The notes beneath the pieces were generated by a model. That model was not told the origin of the DNA and made no database searches. It saw only the letters and a list, made by a program, of their open reading frames with translations. Shown in pieces: positions 26,101-36,400 of a DNA stretch of 64,000 nt (the stretch's first letter is position 1; each line of letters begins with the position of its first letter). The DNA is from a virus (lineage: Duplodnaviria > Caudoviricetes): the IMG/VR virus record IMGVR_UViG_3300044631_000780, positions 1,672 through 65,671 of that record, one strand, 5' to 3'. Position numbers and translations under genes: made by a program.

Positions 26101-26721
26101 CTATGGGAGTTTTAGGAACCAGCCTGTCGCAATATATTTATCATGGGTGAAGACAGTGTTTCCACGATGAACATGTGTCATACCAGCTGGCCAAATTAAT
26201 AATGTTCCAGTTGTTGGTTTATATCTCTTTTTCTGAAAGAGAAACTCTGTCTCTGCCTCACCATCTGGCATATCATTTAGATAAATCATCCAAGCAAGTT
26301 CACGATTTGCTGCTCTAAAACTAGAGTTTTCATAATGCCATACATGATATCCACCGCCAGGGGGGGTTTTTTGTAATTTAATCCCAATCGTCTGTATGTT
26401 TATTCTTGAAATGTGATCGTATTCAGTCTTGTAGTTTTCAAAAGCAGTATTAATGTACTGATATAGATGTTGTGACAGTCTCAAATCAACATCATCAAGC
26501 ATCATTCCAACATCATTTCTTCCCAATTTTTTCTCTGCAAATTGATCTTTGCCATGCTGTAAAAATCCAGGATTTGTCGTCAAATATTTTTCAAATTGAT
26601 CTACAATTGCGGTACACAACTCATGGTGAACAAACCTATGGTAAACTCCAATAAAATCCTCATATTTTCCATTAACTTGTTCTGGATCACAAATGTGTCC
26701 ACAATCTTTACCAAGTAGCAT
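26101..26721 (-). CDS. 2OG-Fe(II) oxygenase (prolyl-hydroxylase-like)
   Basis: GYHVWHYE...YLND...ETEF...THVHRG...KYIATGW. Confidence 0.9.
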   Translation of the reverse strand: MLLGKDCGHICDPEQVNGKYEDFIGVYHRFVHHELCTAIVDQFEKYLTTNPGFLQHGKDQFAEKKLGRNDVGMMLDDVDLRLSQHLYQYINTAFENYKTEYDHISRINIQTIGIKLQKTPPGGGYHVWHYENSSFRAANRELAWMIYLNDMPDGEAETEFLFQKKRYKPTTGTLLIWPAGMTHVHRGNTVFTHDKYIATGWFLKLP

Positions 26722-29700
26722 CAGTACGCACGAATAATGTATTTTACTAGATGATACCTTGTTAAGAGAGGAATGTCAATCTCTGGTTGTAATTGATAAG
26801 TAACGTTTAACTTTACAGCAGAGGATAATGTAAATTGTCCATCATTAACATCAATTCCAGCAGAACTGATTGGATTCCCCTGTGGAGCAATTACTTCTGT
26901 TAATGATTCAACACCAAGATCAACTTTGCCAGATGTTGTAACAATTGTGGTAACTTCCCCCTCAGCATGGTTAAATGTGACTTTTGCTATCCCATAATTA
27001 TCATTACTGCTATTTCCTGAAGAAGACCTATCTTGTCTAACTTCTAGTAATAAATTATTAACTTGATAATCTTCTGGAATCGAAACAGTGGCATTCGCCC
27101 AAGTAGTAGATCCAGATGGAGTAGAAATAGTTCCAAGCTTATTATAACTTCCGCCAGAATCATTGCTAGCAAAAAGTTCTAAAGGTTCATTTGGAACTTC
27201 CCCACCGTTGCTACCATTCCCTCTTATAACTTGGAAAGTCACAGATTCCATAGGAGTTCCTTTAGGACCAGTTGATGAAGCATTGATTTCAATTGTTCTT
27301 GCCCATCTATTTGCTTCATTGCCAACGAATCTCAAATATTTGTATCCGTCTGGTGAAACAAATCCACCAGTTGATCCAGATCCAGTTCCAGATTCAATAT
27401 AGTCCACACCAGTACTTGCTCTATCAAAAACGCCAGCAGTTACAGAAGTGCCACTGCTGCCACCACTAGTTCCACTAACTTGATAACCAACAGATGCTCT
27501 TCCAGAAGTATTTCCACTACCAATGACTACAGATCCAGCACTGCCATTACCAACATTGCTGAACTGTATTTCAAAGAAAGCACCAGATCCACCGCCGCCA
27601 CCACCTGATCCATAAAAAGTTTGATTCTCCGTAGCCGTAAAAGTGACAGATCCAGCCCCACCATTTGCGGTTTGACCCAAACTGACAACACCACCATTAC
27701 CAGCTCCACTTTCGCTAACAAGAGCTGCTGTTGGACCAGTACCACTATTTTTTACTGCCGACTGTCCTCTAGCCCCACCAAATCCATCTCTACGAGCATT
27801 AGATCCACCACCGCCACCGCCGCCGCCGCCGATACCAGATCCAATACCAACTCCACCACCACCGCCGCCGCCGCTGGCGCCAGAACATTCAGAGTTCGCA
27901 CCATTTGCTCCAGTACCAGAAAACAAAGAACTTAAACCTTGTACGGCATCCGTAGAATTAAGTTGACCATTTTGATCGGACCCCTGTGCTCCATCACCAG
28001 CACCACCACCAGCACCACCACCGCCAGCGCCAACAATAATCGCAGAAGCAGTACCAACGGCAGAAGCACCGCCACCACCGCCGCCTGCGCCACCGCCACT
28101 AGAAACACCACCATTACCACCACCAGCAAAACCTACGCCACCAGTTCCACCACTTCTATTTCCACCAGCATTACCTCCACCACCAACATAAACTCTCAAT
28201 GATCCATTATTACCTGGATTGATATTTGCTACAACTCTCTTTCCAGGAAGACCAGAACCAGCGAACCACCCAGTTCCACCATCACCAAGACCACCAGATC
28301 CTCCACCACCGCCTCTTACTTCTACTTGAAGATTAGAAAGAGGCCAAGTATTTGGAATATTATATGAATAGAAACTTGAAGATGGGGTACTGAAACTCTC
28401 AACTACATTATTTGATCCAGTAAATAGTGTTCTAGCTCCATCACCACCTTCTCCACCAACATAAGAAGAAATAGCACCAGCTCCACCCTGAGAAGAACTG
28501 CCACCTCCACCTGGAAGACCATCATAATAAGAAACACGAGTTAGAGTAGCACCACCAGTAAGAGAAGTTGATCCCCCATTGGAAAGTGAACTTATATCAA
28601 CGGTTTGTACTGTACTTCCACCACTTTTAACATATACAAATCCATCTCCCCCAGCACCACCAGTACCACCCGAATCTCCCCTAACTCCACCACCAGCTCC
28701 AGTTGCTCGTGCTTCGTAAGTATATCCGTTTGCGCTGAAAGAATAATAGGTAGCACCACCAGAACTGCCAGCTGTATTAGTTGTAGCACCGCCGCCACCA
28801 GCACCACCCAATGCCACAGCAATGCTGATTAATGGAAGTTCAGCAGAAGTTGGAGCAGAAACAGCATAGCTTCCAGCAGTAGTTTGATTTAATTTGTTTA
28901 TTGTGGTTGTAAATGTATCCCCAGGAATAAAAATTGGTTTTCCACCAATTACATAATTATTATCAATATCATAAACTGTTGGATCTGGTGTTCTAATTTC
29001 CACAATAATTTGTGATGGGAAATTACCAGCGGCTAGATAATGCGTTTCAAGTACAATTGTTCCGCCACTACCATTTGTAGCAAATGTCAGTGCTGTTCCT
29101 CTCAAAGCATTATATCTACTGGATGCTAACTTTATTCTATTGGCATCTACTTTAATAACATACCATTCGGTATTTGCGCTGAAAGGTGCTGTAGTTCCAT
29201 TTAAATTTACTTGAGCAAGTGTAGTCTGATCATTTGATTGAACTCTAATTTTATATCCAGACTGAAGTTCATGACCAGTTATCGTTATTGTTGTTTCTCC
29301 ACCAGTGCTAATGATAGCAGAACTTGAAATTGTTTTTGTTGTTTTAGATCCTATTCCACCAACATTACCATAAGTAGAAGCATTTGGATCTGGAATAACA
29401 TAATCAACAATTCCATGACTATGGAAAAGTGGTACACCAGATTCTGGCGTAAAGAAATTAACCTGTCCCGTACCACTCTTATATCCAGCAGCATGATTGT
29501 CAGCAAAAGCACCAGATCCTTCAAATGTACCAGCCTGAGGAGCATCTGATGTAAGAATAGCATGTTCATGTTCTGGAACAGCTGCGATTGGTTTTTCTTG
29601 TAATGGTCCAATTTGAATTGAAACTTGACCAGTAAGAAAACCAGAAACAAATTCAGTTACATTATCATATCCAGAGATAACAATATTACCAACATCAAAT

Positions 29701-30941
29701 AAATCTTCCTGTTGTGTTTTCGAGAAAAACCATCTACCTCCAGTGGCACCAACTGTAGAGATTACGTTACCAGAGACTGGCGATCCTCCACCAGATACAC
29801 CTCCACCAGCACCAACTAATTTTCTAGTTTTATAATCTGGAACAGCAAAAGTAACGGAACTACTAGATCCAAAGCTAGATGGATTATATGTTCCTCCAGT
29901 GCCACCATATTGATTTCCAATTGCTCTGTAAAGCAAAGGATAATCATCGGCATCATAAACAGATCCATCACAATATAAAAATCCTGGATATTGATGAATT
30001 GGGTCTGTAGATGTGGTATTACTTACAGTAACAATTTCAACTCTAGCAGTTCCACTACTTCCTGGTTGATCAATGTAAACAACATCCCCAGTAGAATATC
30101 CGTATCCAGATCTTTTGATAGTGGCAAAATTAACAGATCCATCCAAATTTGCTGATACACCAACTCTAAGTCCAAAACCAGTTGCTGTTGCTAATGTAAA
30201 ATTACCAGATGATCCAATATCAGTAATATTATAATATTTTCCAGCTGTAACATCACCATTACTTCTTGTCAATCTAAAAGTATTATTATTTACTTTCTTA
30301 ACATAAAAAGTAAATCCTCTTTCAAATTGAACACCACCAAGTCCACCAGAAGATAAATTAGCAGTCGCCGTGGCATTACTACCACCTCCACCAGTTATAG
30401 AGACTTGTGGAAATTGATATCCTTCTCCACCATCAACAACATTAATTGCTGACACAGAACCATTCGTTAAAACACACTGAAAAGATCCAGCAGTGAAAGG
30501 ACCACTACCATTATCTGTAACTTGAACAGAGGGAACACTAGTGTATCCAGAACCACCATTTGTAATAGTAAAACTTTGTATTGATGCTCCAAGTTTACAT
30601 TTATTTGGTGCTTGTTCTGCTTCAATTACAGTTACTTTATCTCCATCAACAAATGGATGGTTTGGATAAGTAATTACATCAGTTGTTGCTCCAATGTTGC
30701 CAGTAACTATTCCAAGTGTAATAGGAACTGTAGCAAATCCAGCAGTACTAGAAAGATCGGTATAATAATTGCTTCCACCACCAGATCCAGAAACAACAGA
30801 TCCTAAAGCAAGAACTACTCCATTATCAGCTACTTTGTTATCATCAACTTTAAGAACTGGAACTATCGCTCCAATTGGAAAAGTTGATGATGTAAAGGTT
30901 ACTTTATCAGTTAGATAATTAGAACGTGTGGATCTTGCCAT
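26721..30941 (-). CDS. tail fibre protein with tail-collar domain and Gly-rich repeats
   Basis: PIGAIVP...GFLYCDGS..YPLLYRAIG...FAVPD collar motif; long Gly-rich tracts; ends YIIRAY. Confidence 0.88.
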   Translation of the reverse strand: MARSTRSNYLTDKVTFTSSTFPIGAIVPVLKVDDNKVADNGVVLALGSVVSGSGGGSNYYTDLSSTAGFATVPITLGIVTGNIGATTDVITYPNHPFVDGDKVTVIEAEQAPNKCKLGASIQSFTITNGGSGYTSVPSVQVTDNGSGPFTAGSFQCVLTNGSVSAINVVDGGEGYQFPQVSITGGGGSNATATANLSSGGLGGVQFERGFTFYVKKVNNNTFRLTRSNGDVTAGKYYNITDIGSSGNFTLATATGFGLRVGVSANLDGSVNFATIKRSGYGYSTGDVVYIDQPGSSGTARVEIVTVSNTTSTDPIHQYPGFLYCDGSVYDADDYPLLYRAIGNQYGGTGGTYNPSSFGSSSSVTFAVPDYKTRKLVGAGGGVSGGGSPVSGNVISTVGATGGRWFFSKTQQEDLFDVGNIVISGYDNVTEFVSGFLTGQVSIQIGPLQEKPIAAVPEHEHAILTSDAPQAGTFEGSGAFADNHAAGYKSGTGQVNFFTPESGVPLFHSHGIVDYVIPDPNASTYGNVGGIGSKTTKTISSSAIISTGGETTITITGHELQSGYKIRVQSNDQTTLAQVNLNGTTAPFSANTEWYVIKVDANRIKLASSRYNALRGTALTFATNGSGGTIVLETHYLAAGNFPSQIIVEIRTPDPTVYDIDNNYVIGGKPIFIPGDTFTTTINKLNQTTAGSYAVSAPTSAELPLISIAVALGGAGGGGATTNTAGSSGGATYYSFSANGYTYEARATGAGGGVRGDSGGTGGAGGDGFVYVKSGGSTVQTVDISSLSNGGSTSLTGGATLTRVSYYDGLPGGGGSSSQGGAGAISSYVGGEGGDGARTLFTGSNNVVESFSTPSSSFYSYNIPNTWPLSNLQVEVRGGGGGSGGLGDGGTGWFAGSGLPGKRVVANINPGNNGSLRVYVGGGGNAGGNRSGGTGGVGFAGGGNGGVSSGGGAGGGGGGASAVGTASAIIVGAGGGGAGGGAGDGAQGSDQNGQLNSTDAVQGLSSLFSGTGANGANSECSGASGGGGGGGVGIGSGIGGGGGGGGGSNARRDGFGGARGQSAVKNSGTGPTAALVSESGAGNGGVVSLGQTANGGAGSVTFTATENQTFYGSGGGGGGSGAFFEIQFSNVGNGSAGSVVIGSGNTSGRASVGYQVSGTSGGSSGTSVTAGVFDRASTGVDYIESGTGSGSTGGFVSPDGYKYLRFVGNEANRWARTIEINASSTGPKGTPMESVTFQVIRGNGSNGGEVPNEPLELFASNDSGGSYNKLGTISTPSGSTTWANATVSIPEDYQVNNLLLEVRQDRSSSGNSSNDNYGIAKVTFNHAEGEVTTIVTTSGKVDLGVESLTEVIAPQGNPISSAGIDVNDGQFTLSSAVKLNVTYQLQPEIDIPLLTRYHLVKYIIRAY

Positions 30942-30951
30942 CTTATTTTAC

Positions 30952-32238
30952 TTATGCCTTGATTAAAAAATCTACCATGATAAATGGAGCAATCAAACCA
31001 TCCAATTTAGTGTCTGTCTCTGGTTGAACATTTACAGTGGCAGACATTCCATCAGTACTTACAAAGAACTCATTAGTATTTAACGTATAAGCAGTTGGTG
31101 TAATTGTGTAACTTATAGTATGAGTATGCTCAGTTGGATCCTCTTCATAATCAAATGCTTCTGTTGTTTCGACAATGTTTGAAACTTGAGGAAATGCTGG
31201 TGTTGTTCCATCAATAGCAGTATCAAATGGTAAAACATTACGAAGAGAAGAATTATGCGAATAACCATTAGTTCCGCTTTGTGGAATATTATCATCACCA
31301 ACACCTTCAGCACCTTCAACATAATTAGCAGAAACTGTTCTACTTGAAGAAGCGCACCCCATCTGAAATCTTCCAAGTAAGATAACGTTAACATAACAAG
31401 GACCTTCTGGAGTTGTATCAACTGGATAACTTTTACCAGTTGGAACTAAACAACTAGTAATAAAACCAGAACAAGAACCTTTACATATTCCATAATATTC
31501 AAAAGTAGTTCCAGTTCCACCACCAGTGTATGCTCCGCTATTCCAAGTTTCAGACTGCGCGTAAAATTTACATGCTGGTTGTTCACTAGTAGCGTCAAAC
31601 CAGTTTCCAACACCAATCGTAGATGCGTTTGTATAATAGTTTAATTCAAACACATCACTTCCGCCAGCTCTCTTAATTCTACATCTATATGTTGTAGTGT
31701 AGTGAGCGTGTGGTTGGAATGCTGTTGCTGGGACAATTTCAACATCTGGTGCTCTAGGTCTTGTAAATCCAACATTTCCCCTAAGATCTACAGATAATGG
31801 AGGTATTCTAAATTGACCAGATAAATCAATGTTGACTGTTGTACCTACATTTGATGTAGCAGATATAGCAACACCAGATCTGTCTATTGTCAATCCAGTT
31901 CTACTAACAACTGTACTGTCATTGATAACACCCTGATCAGAACCACTACTTGCTTTAATAAATTTAGATCTTAAATCTGGAACTTGAAATTGATTCTCAT
32001 TCAGAGTTATTCCTTCCTGTTTAAAAGCACAAGCATCACCTGTTCCCAAAATTTCAGCAAGAGCTGGATATGTAGTTGAATTATAAATGCTCCCGTCACA
32101 TCTCAAATATCCAGAAGGTAGCAATGTTAGGCTAAGTCCCAGTTGAGGATCATTGACATCAAGTTCTCGTGGAAAAGCTACAATTGTTCCAGTTGTTGTT
32201 CCTATCTTGGTTCTTTCTTGATTTAAAAATACTGCCAT
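30952..32238 (-). CDS. tail-collar domain fibre protein
   Basis: GTIVAF...GYLRCDGS...YPALAEILG...FQVPDL. Confidence 0.88.
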   Translation of the reverse strand: MAVFLNQERTKIGTTTGTIVAFPRELDVNDPQLGLSLTLLPSGYLRCDGSIYNSTTYPALAEILGTGDACAFKQEGITLNENQFQVPDLRSKFIKASSGSDQGVINDSTVVSRTGLTIDRSGVAISATSNVGTTVNIDLSGQFRIPPLSVDLRGNVGFTRPRAPDVEIVPATAFQPHAHYTTTYRCRIKRAGGSDVFELNYYTNASTIGVGNWFDATSEQPACKFYAQSETWNSGAYTGGGTGTTFEYYGICKGSCSGFITSCLVPTGKSYPVDTTPEGPCYVNVILLGRFQMGCASSSRTVSANYVEGAEGVGDDNIPQSGTNGYSHNSSLRNVLPFDTAIDGTTPAFPQVSNIVETTEAFDYEEDPTEHTHTISYTITPTAYTLNTNEFFVSTDGMSATVNVQPETDTKLDGLIAPFIMVDFLIKA

Positions 32239-32239
32239 A

Positions 32240-33433
32240 TTAGTATGCCCTTATAATCATTATGATTGTTTGAGATGGAGTATTTGTTTCCATTTGTAGA
32301 TTTAATGCTTTATCAATACTAGAAACATTTACTGTATATGATTGGATATTATTGAGTGCTATGTTAGTTGGTGCTCTCAATCCAGAACGAGTCATACTAA
32401 TATCAAAACTAAAATGATTGTGTGCTGCTAAGCTAGCTTCGGTAAAATTTTCTCCAGCGTGACTAAGATTAGTTGGATATGTTTCAGTAGTGTCACCATT
32501 TAAATAATTTGGTCTACCAAGAAGACTAGGATAAGCAATTGGAAATGTTCCAGTATGCGCTACTTCTTGGTGATTGTAGTTGTATGTATCTGAAAAAGCA
32601 CCAGTGTATGCTCCAGATGCTGGAATATTTCTGGTCAATCCAACAGCAGGAATTGTTGCTTGTTGAAATGTCTTTGTAGTATCAGTGAGAACCATTGTAT
32701 TCTCATCATAATAAGTGATCGGTCCATATCCATTTGTCCAAACATCTGGTCCATCAGCGGAAGTAACACCAGTTAAGTTTGCTGATTCGTAATTTGGAGA
32801 TCCAGAGACTTGATATGTTGGAGCTTCAAAAACTTGAACATATCTACCACTAGTTACAGCAGTTGTATATTGTCCACTATGTTTGTGACCTGGAGTATGG
32901 TCAATTCCCAATTTTCTACCAACCACATAATAAGTTTTAGACCAAGTTGGATCATTCAAACTGAATTCTGTAATTCTTCCAGCCATATTATCAATTGGAT
33001 CCATCTGAAAGATAAGATCAGTATCAGCACTATAAAGTGCTGGTGGAGTAACTCCAGTTCCATCTTCAGATATCAGACCACCAACAACATCATAAGCATT
33101 TGATTGATTGTATTGATACTTTGTTTCTAACAGATAATCTTTTTCAAGATCAACCATTGCTCTTCCGTTTAGATTTGGAACTCGGAAAAGATCACTTTCT
33201 TCAAAGTCAGGAAAATTTCCTTGAATAGCATCTTCAGTTGGTCCATAGGTATTACCAAGTATTGAAGCTAACAAAGGATATCTTTCTGCTGGATATGTAG
33301 ATCCATCACATAATATCCACCCATGTGGAACACCATTAGGATTATTTCCAGTAACGGAAGAGCTGCCGCCCCAGGGCATAATAGTACCCACTGGGGCGCT
33401 CTTCATTGTTTTTAGACGATTGTAGAATGCCAT
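32240..33433 (-). CDS. tail-collar domain fibre protein
   Basis: PVGTIMPW...PHGWILCDG...YPLLASILG...FRVPNL. Confidence 0.88.
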   Translation of the reverse strand: MAFYNRLKTMKSAPVGTIMPWGGSSSVTGNNPNGVPHGWILCDGSTYPAERYPLLASILGNTYGPTEDAIQGNFPDFEESDLFRVPNLNGRAMVDLEKDYLLETKYQYNQSNAYDVVGGLISEDGTGVTPPALYSADTDLIFQMDPIDNMAGRITEFSLNDPTWSKTYYVVGRKLGIDHTPGHKHSGQYTTAVTSGRYVQVFEAPTYQVSGSPNYESANLTGVTSADGPDVWTNGYGPITYYDENTMVLTDTTKTFQQATIPAVGLTRNIPASGAYTGAFSDTYNYNHQEVAHTGTFPIAYPSLLGRPNYLNGDTTETYPTNLSHAGENFTEASLAAHNHFSFDISMTRSGLRAPTNIALNNIQSYTVNVSSIDKALNLQMETNTPSQTIIMIIRAY

Positions 33434-36400
33434 CAGAGTTCAGTCAACCACCAACCTTGATACGTAGCAGGAATAAAGTTATCTCCATCAGTTTGTCCAA
33501 CATAGATTAGACCAAATGAAGCGTTCTTATTCTGAACTACTAGTTCTCCAGAAGCATATGGAGTTGATAAACCACCCAATCTAGTTCCTTCAGTATCACC
33601 TTGAATTGCTACTGGTTCACCTCCAACAATTGGAGCACGAATTACTAGAGAGTTGTTGTATGTTAGTTGTCCACCAACTTCAGTAATCCTGATTGTATCT
33701 CCAGTTTTTGGATTGGATGGTAAGGTCAGAACAAGAGCACCTGTAGAAGGAGCTACTGCTACAATATAATTTATATTGACTTGAAGAGTGGTATTTGCGT
33801 TCACAAACTTGGTGATATGACCACCATTTGAATTCTTCCATCCTTCATATCCAAAAGCATCAACAGAGCAATCTTGTCTAATTGTGAAATTCTTCGTTCC
33901 ACCATCTCCAAGATTTCTGATATCTAGGATCTTTTGAGATTGAGCAGCAATACTGGAACTAATACCAGCAACATCAAGCAGACGACCAACAAATGTATCA
34001 CCAAAGTTTGGTTCTACTCTAAACGTTGGTAAGAATGATCTATTACTAAACTGAATAGCATCTGGTTCTTCAACACAAGTTGTTGGGAACACTCTAAACA
34101 ATCCACTAACATCTGTAGCAGCATTGATAGAAAGTTTTCCTCCTTCAAAATGGTGCTCTTCGTTGTTAACTAGATTAATAATTGGAACATTGTTGTCAGT
34201 GCCGCTAATTCTAAAGTTAGATCCGACAAAATTTACATCATCATATACTGTTAGGCGACCATGATGATAATCTTTCTTGACTAGTTTTGTTCCACCATCA
34301 TTTGTGATTGTACTTGTAACTTCAAATACTTCACTGTCAATAACCATGAAATATTCACGATCCAAGAAGAATGGAACAAGATCACTGTTCTTTAATCCAA
34401 TTTCAATATTTGTTCCGCCAGTTGTTCCAATAGCAGATGTTGTAGTTGTTGTTTCTCTAATGAGAACTCTCCATACACTTTCACCATCTTGGTGAGTTTT
34501 AGCAGTTCCAGCAAGAGGAGAACGAGTTACAGGTAAGTAACCAGAGTTTCCAGAAGTTGCTACTGGATTTGAAGAAATTCTCATAAATTCTTCATTTCCA
34601 CCAGAACCGTACCCAACTAAGATATAATCACCATTGGCAAAATCACTAATATCATCAACTGGTAGTTGGGTTGCGCTTGTAGTAATCGCAGTAACAGTAT
34701 CAACAAATGTTGTTGCGATAGAGTTATCAACCTTTGGATCTTTCAAGATTACATAAACAGTTGCTCCACTGGAATGTGCCGCTACGCTAGTACCAAACTT
34801 TGCTCTCTGAGCAAGAATTGTTCCGCTAGGATTACCAACAATAGTGTCTCCAGAGCAAGCGTCAACAGAGAAAATATCACGAACTCTATCAGTAATACTG
34901 AACTTTTCATTCTTATTGGCAACAAATGTAATACCTTCCTGACTACCAGTTCCAGTGAATGGAAGATTTAGTGTAATTGTAGAACCGCTAATGCTTACAA
35001 CTTGTGGATCTGTTAGTCTAGTTTCACCAGAATCAATCGGGAATCTATTTTGAGTTAATGTTACAGTTCCGCCGCCTGTCACAATTTGAACATAATCTCC
35101 AACTTCAATACCAGAAGTATTCGTAACAGCAGTGATAGTTGTCAATCCAGCTTGAGCATTTCCAGTAAACTGCTGCGAAGAAGCAGTCTTACATCCACCA
35201 ACGAAAGTAAATGATCCATTGACAGTTAATTTGCCATTCTCTCCAGAAACACCATCATTACCAATAATTGTTTCACCAGTTACACTATCAACAGAGAAGA
35301 GAACGTTTCCATTTGGACATCCGCTTAGGATAGAGAATGTCTTGTTCTCTTGAACCAAAGTAGAAACTAGTTTAAATACCTCACCCTGATCAAATACTCC
35401 ATCACTATTTGTATCAGTACGATCAATAACAATATAGTCAACCCCAGTTCTTAAGGTTCCACCAAACGTTGCCAGATAAACATTTTCGGTAGTTCCAGAA
35501 GCATCAATTGATTGCTCAGTCCAAGTAGCATCAAACGCGATGTTACACTTATAAATTGGAGTTCTATTGTTTGGTTCATCTGGATGATTGGTCTTAACCG
35601 CTGTAAATGTTCCCAGTGGTCTTCTTTGAACTGTTAAGTAATATGGAGCAGTTTCAGCTCCCGCCAATCCACCAGGAGCAACACGTAGAATTTCTGGATG
35701 AGTTCCAGCAACAGAATCAACAACTGTATCAAGGATCAGATAATCACCCTCTCTGAAGTAATCTCCAGGTGGATTTAGAAGTGGTAAGTAGTATAGATCT
35801 CCAGTTAGTGCTGGAAGATCAGATCCTTCTGGACCACCACCAGGAATTAGTTCTTGGAAATCAGTGCTGCCCCAATCAGCAGAACCTGCTGTATCCAATC
35901 TATTAAAGTTAGGATCACTATCAGGAACTTGAAGAACATTAATCAAATCTACATTTTGATTAAATGTTGTTGGTCCAAGAATACCATCATCATGAGCAAA
36001 AGCGGTTGTTCCCAACTGTGCTCTATTGGCGGTGAATGAGAACGCAGCGACGCCACCACAGAGATGAACATTACCATTGAAAATTGTTTCACCATCAATC
36101 TCCAAACTATTTCTAATGGTTGTTGTTCCACCCTGACCAGCAATTCTAACCTCAGAAGCATTCAAGGCAAAATCCATCGTCTGGGTATTGCCAGAGAAGA
36201 AACTTACAATTCCTGCTTCTGTGCTTAGAGTTACAACTTGCTCTGGATTTGTTCTGTCACCACCAAGAGACTTAAATGAACCAAATGTTACATCTCCAGC
36301 AAACTTGACTTGTTTTGTTTCAAAGTCAACGTAGCTGAGTGATGATAGGCGATCATAAGCACCACCAATCTTGGTCTTAGAAATAGCAGCATCTCTATCA

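Noticed and set aside
27500-28820. ccaccg/ccacca repeats in the tail fibre
   Set aside because: These are Gly codon runs of a Gly-rich fibre, not an independent repeat element.
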